A stretch of DNA of 64,000 bases from an uncultured Gemmatimonadales bacterium (lineage in GTDB: Bacteria > Gemmatimonadota > Gemmatimonadetes > Gemmatimonadales > GWC2-71-9): assembly GCA_963828735.1 (NCBI GenBank), contig CAWHFW010000001.1, forward strand, positions 96,001 to 160,000. The letters run 5' to 3'. Both the position numbers and the translations under genes were made by a program. A model generated the notes under the pieces. That model made no database searches and was not told where the DNA came from. It worked only from the letters and a program-made list of their open reading frames with translations. Positions 61,551 to 64,000 of this stretch are shown here, one piece after another (positions within the stretch are counted from its first letter, which is position 1; every line of letters starts with the position of its first letter).

Positions 61551-62527
61551 CCGGCCGCGGGTACGGCGAGCGGCGACGTCCGCACGGCGGCCGCCACCCG
61601 GAGCGCGAGGGCCAGCGCGGCGCGTCCCTCCTCGCCGCTCACGACCACGTCGCGTCCGCCCCGCACGGCGTGGACGAAGCTCCGGAGCTCGAGTTGGAGC
61701 GCGTCCGCCTCGGGAGCTTCGAGAACGATTCGCTCGACGACATCCGACAGTGCATTGCCGGTGCCCGGACGCCAGTCGCCCCGGACCCGCATGAACTCGC
61801 CCGCGCCGCTGGCGAGGTCGAGCGACAGGTACCCATTCGGCTGGAATACGCGGAGCCGTCGCACGCGCTCCCGCGAGACGCGGCTCGCCGTGGCGAGCGC
61901 CACGGCCCCGTTGGCGAACTCGACGCGCGCGTTGGCGATGTCCAGATGGGAGCTGAGAAGCGGCAGTCCCGACGCCCGGACTTCCATGGCCTCCGCGCCG
62001 CCGGTGAGACGGAGCACGAGGTCGAGGTCGTGGATCATGAGGTCGAGCACCACCGCGACGTCGGTGCCGCGGGGCTGGAACGGGGCCAGGCGCTGGCTCT
62101 CGATGTACCGAGGGCCGTCGAGATAGGGCTCGGCCGCGCGGAGCGCCTGATTGTAGCGCTCGATGTGCCCGACCTGGAGCTGGAGTCCAGCCCGCTCCGC
62201 GGCGCCGATCAGCTGGTCGGCCTCGGCGAGCGTACCGGCGAGCGGTTTCTCCATGAGCACCGGGACGCCCCGCGCGAGCGCCTGGAGGCCGACGGTCGCG
62301 TGTGCCGGCGTGGGCACCGCGACCGTCACCGCCTCGACCCGGTCCAGCAGCGCCTCGAGATCGGTGAACGGCGTCGTCCCGATCTCGTCGGCGATCGTCC
62401 TGGCGCGCTCGGCGTCGATATCGAAGATGCCGACCAACCGGGCGTGCTCGAGCTGCGCCAGATGTCGTGCGTGATGCCGGCCCAGCGCGCCGACGCCGAC
62501 GACCCCGATCGGAAGCGGCGCGCTCAC
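61547..62527 (-). CDS. Gfo/Idh/MocA oxidoreductase (GnnA-like candidate)
   Basis: [39 protein letters not shown]; located between lpxA and lpxB. Confidence 0.85.
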   Translation of the reverse strand: MSAPLPIGVVGVGALGRHHARHLAQLEHARLVGIFDIDAERARTIADEIGTTPFTDLEALLDRVEAVTVAVPTPAHATVGLQALARGVPVLMEKPLAGTLAEADQLIGAAERAGLQLQVGHIERYNQALRAAEPYLDGPRYIESQRLAPFQPRGTDVAVVLDLMIHDLDLVLRLTGGAEAMEVRASGLPLLSSHLDIANARVEFANGAVALATASRVSRERVRRLRVFQPNGYLSLDLASGAGEFMRVRGDWRPGTGNALSDVVERIVLEAPEADALQLELRSFVHAVRGGRDVVVSGEEGRAALALALRVAAAVRTSPLAVPAAG

Positions 62528-63300
62528 GCGGGCACGCCCCGCTCGGACGATTCGACGAAGGCGAGGAATCGCTCCACCTCCGGGGAAGTCGGGAGGTCGC
62601 TCCGGGCACGCTCGAGGGCCTGCGAGAGATTCAGCTCGGAGTTGAAGAACAGGCGGTACGCTCGCTTGAGCGCGGAGATGGTTTCGCCCGAGAAGCCGGC
62701 GCGCTGAAGGCCGATGGAATTGAGTCCATAGAGCTCCATCGGATTCCCGACCGCCTTCACGTACGGCGGGATGTCCTGATTGACCCGCGAGCCGCCGCCC
62801 ACGAACGCGAAGGTCCCGATGGTGACGAACTGGTGCACCGCGTTGAGCCCGCTCAGAATGGCGCGATCGTGGATGGTGACGTGGCCCGCGCACTGGGTCC
62901 CGTTGGCGATCGTGACCTCGTCGCCGATGTGACAGTCGTGGGCCAGATGCACGTAGGTCATGATGAAGCACCGTGCGCCTACCGTGGTGCGGAAGCTCTG
63001 CGAGGTGGCGCGGTTGATCGTGGTGTACTCACGGATGATCGTGCCGGCGCCGATCTCGACCCAGGTCTCTTCTCCCTTGAACTTGAGGTCTTGCGGGTCG
63101 CCGCCGAGGATCGACCCGTCGCCGACCTGCACCCCGTCGGCCAGGATCACATTGCGCACCAGCCGCGAGCGCGGGGCCAGGCGACAGCGATCGCCCACGG
63201 TGACCTGGGGCCCGACCATCACCCACGGGCCGATCTCCACCCCCGCCCCGATCCGGGCCGAAGGGTCGATGATGGCCGTCGGGTGGATGTGGGTGGTCAC
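62524..63300 (-). CDS. lpxA: UDP-N-acetylglucosamine acyltransferase
   Basis: IHPTAII hexapeptide repeats, [30 protein letters not shown]. Confidence 0.97.
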   Translation of the reverse strand: MTTHIHPTAIIDPSARIGAGVEIGPWVMVGPQVTVGDRCRLAPRSRLVRNVILADGVQVGDGSILGGDPQDLKFKGEETWVEIGAGTIIREYTTINRATSQSFRTTVGARCFIMTYVHLAHDCHIGDEVTIANGTQCAGHVTIHDRAILSGLNAVHQFVTIGTFAFVGGGSRVNQDIPPYVKAVGNPMELYGLNSIGLQRAGFSGETISALKRAYRLFFNSELNLSQALERARSDLPTSPEVERFLAFVESSERGVPA

Positions 63301-64000
63301 CGATCCACCACGCGGGCCATCATCTCCGCCTCGGCGACGACATTACCGTCCACGTACGCCACGCCCTTCATGCGGCAGGTGCGCCCGCGGTTCTGCAGCA
63401 TCTCGAGCTCGCATCGCAGCTGGTCTCCCGGCGTGACGGGGCGCCGGAACTTCACGTTGTCGAGCGACATGAAGTACACCACCTTCTGGTCCGGATCCTC
63501 GATGGTGCCGAGCAGGAGCATTCCCCCGACCTGCGCCATCGCCTCGATGATGAGGACGCCCGGCATGATAGGATGCCCCGGGAAGTGGCCCTGGAAGAAC
63601 GGCTCGTTGATGGTGACGTTCTTGATCCCGACGATCCGCTTGGTCCCTTCCACCTCGAGGATGCGATCCACGAGCAGGAAGGGATACCGGTGGGGAATCA
63701 CGTCCAGGATCCGGCCGATGTCCATCGCCACGCCTCCGTCGCGCTGCGCGGTGCGGGTGAGCCAGCGGGCGAGCGCGATATTGCCCTGATGGCTTGGCTT
63801 GGTCGCGATCACGTGCGCCTGGACCCGCCCGCCGACCAGCGCGAGGTCGCCCAGGATGTCGGCGGTCTTGTGGCGGACGAACTCGTCCGGCCACCGGAGC
63901 GCGGCGCCGCCGACCAGGCCGTCCTCCGAGAGCACCAGCGTGGAGTCGAGCGCCGCGCCGAGGGCCAGGCCGCGGGCGCGGAGCGCCTCGGCCTCACGAA
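63297..64000 (-). CDS. lpxC/fabZ: Bifunctional LpxC/FabZ, 5'-truncated by window edge
   Basis: LpxC C-terminus ([14 protein letters not shown]) continues in frame into FabZ ([32 protein letters not shown]). Confidence 0.95.
   Translation of the reverse strand, partial: REAEALRARGLALGAALDSTLVLSEDGLVGGAALRWPDEFVRHKTADILGDLALVGGRVQAHVIATKPSHQGNIALARWLTRTAQRDGGVAMDIGRILDVIPHRYPFLLVDRILEVEGTKRIVGIKNVTINEPFFQGHFPGHPIMPGVLIIEAMAQVGGMLLLGTIEDPDQKVVYFMSLDNVKFRRPVTPGDQLRCELEMLQNRGRTCRMKGVAYVDGNVVAEAEMMARVVDR

Overview
GC-rich chromosomal window (roughly 70% GC by eye) from a diderm bacterium. The gene set (LpxC-FabZ fusion, bshC, BIG2/RCC1 lipoprotein, DUF512-der-plsY-gpsA) suggests Gemmatimonadota; this is inference. 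The window most likely spans the replication terminus. All genes from 6.0 to 26.1 kb are on +, all from 26.4 to 64 kb are on -, and a XerCD dif-like site (26257-26284) lies in the AT-rich gap where they converge, next to three 10-bp-phased DnaA-box-like motifs. Left arm: an RND metal-efflux pair broken by six +1 indels (probably sequencing error), an ABC exporter, trpG/pabA, an Ig/RCC1 lipoprotein, and a tightly coupled kdsB-pyrG-kdsA-kdsC-kdsD-lptC-lptA-like-lptB-rpoN-glycosylation-dapF run. Right arm: tRNA-Arg(CCT), apt to der/DUF512, recQ, a copper-radical oxidase, a foreign-looking ATP-grasp ligase + NylB-like hydrolase islet, ggt, tRNA-Gly(CCC), phhA (one frameshift), larC, thrC, uvrC, murJ, bshC + methyltransferase, rlmH, gdh and a lipid A cluster. 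No CRISPR, integrase, transposase or rRNA was seen. The best candidates for new biology are the ATP-grasp/NylB(/GGT) amide module, the DnaA-box-like array at dif, the N-terminally extended LptB with an oversized LptA, the bshC-coupled methyltransferase, and recurrent leaderless promoters. All calls come from reading motifs by eye; no searches were run.
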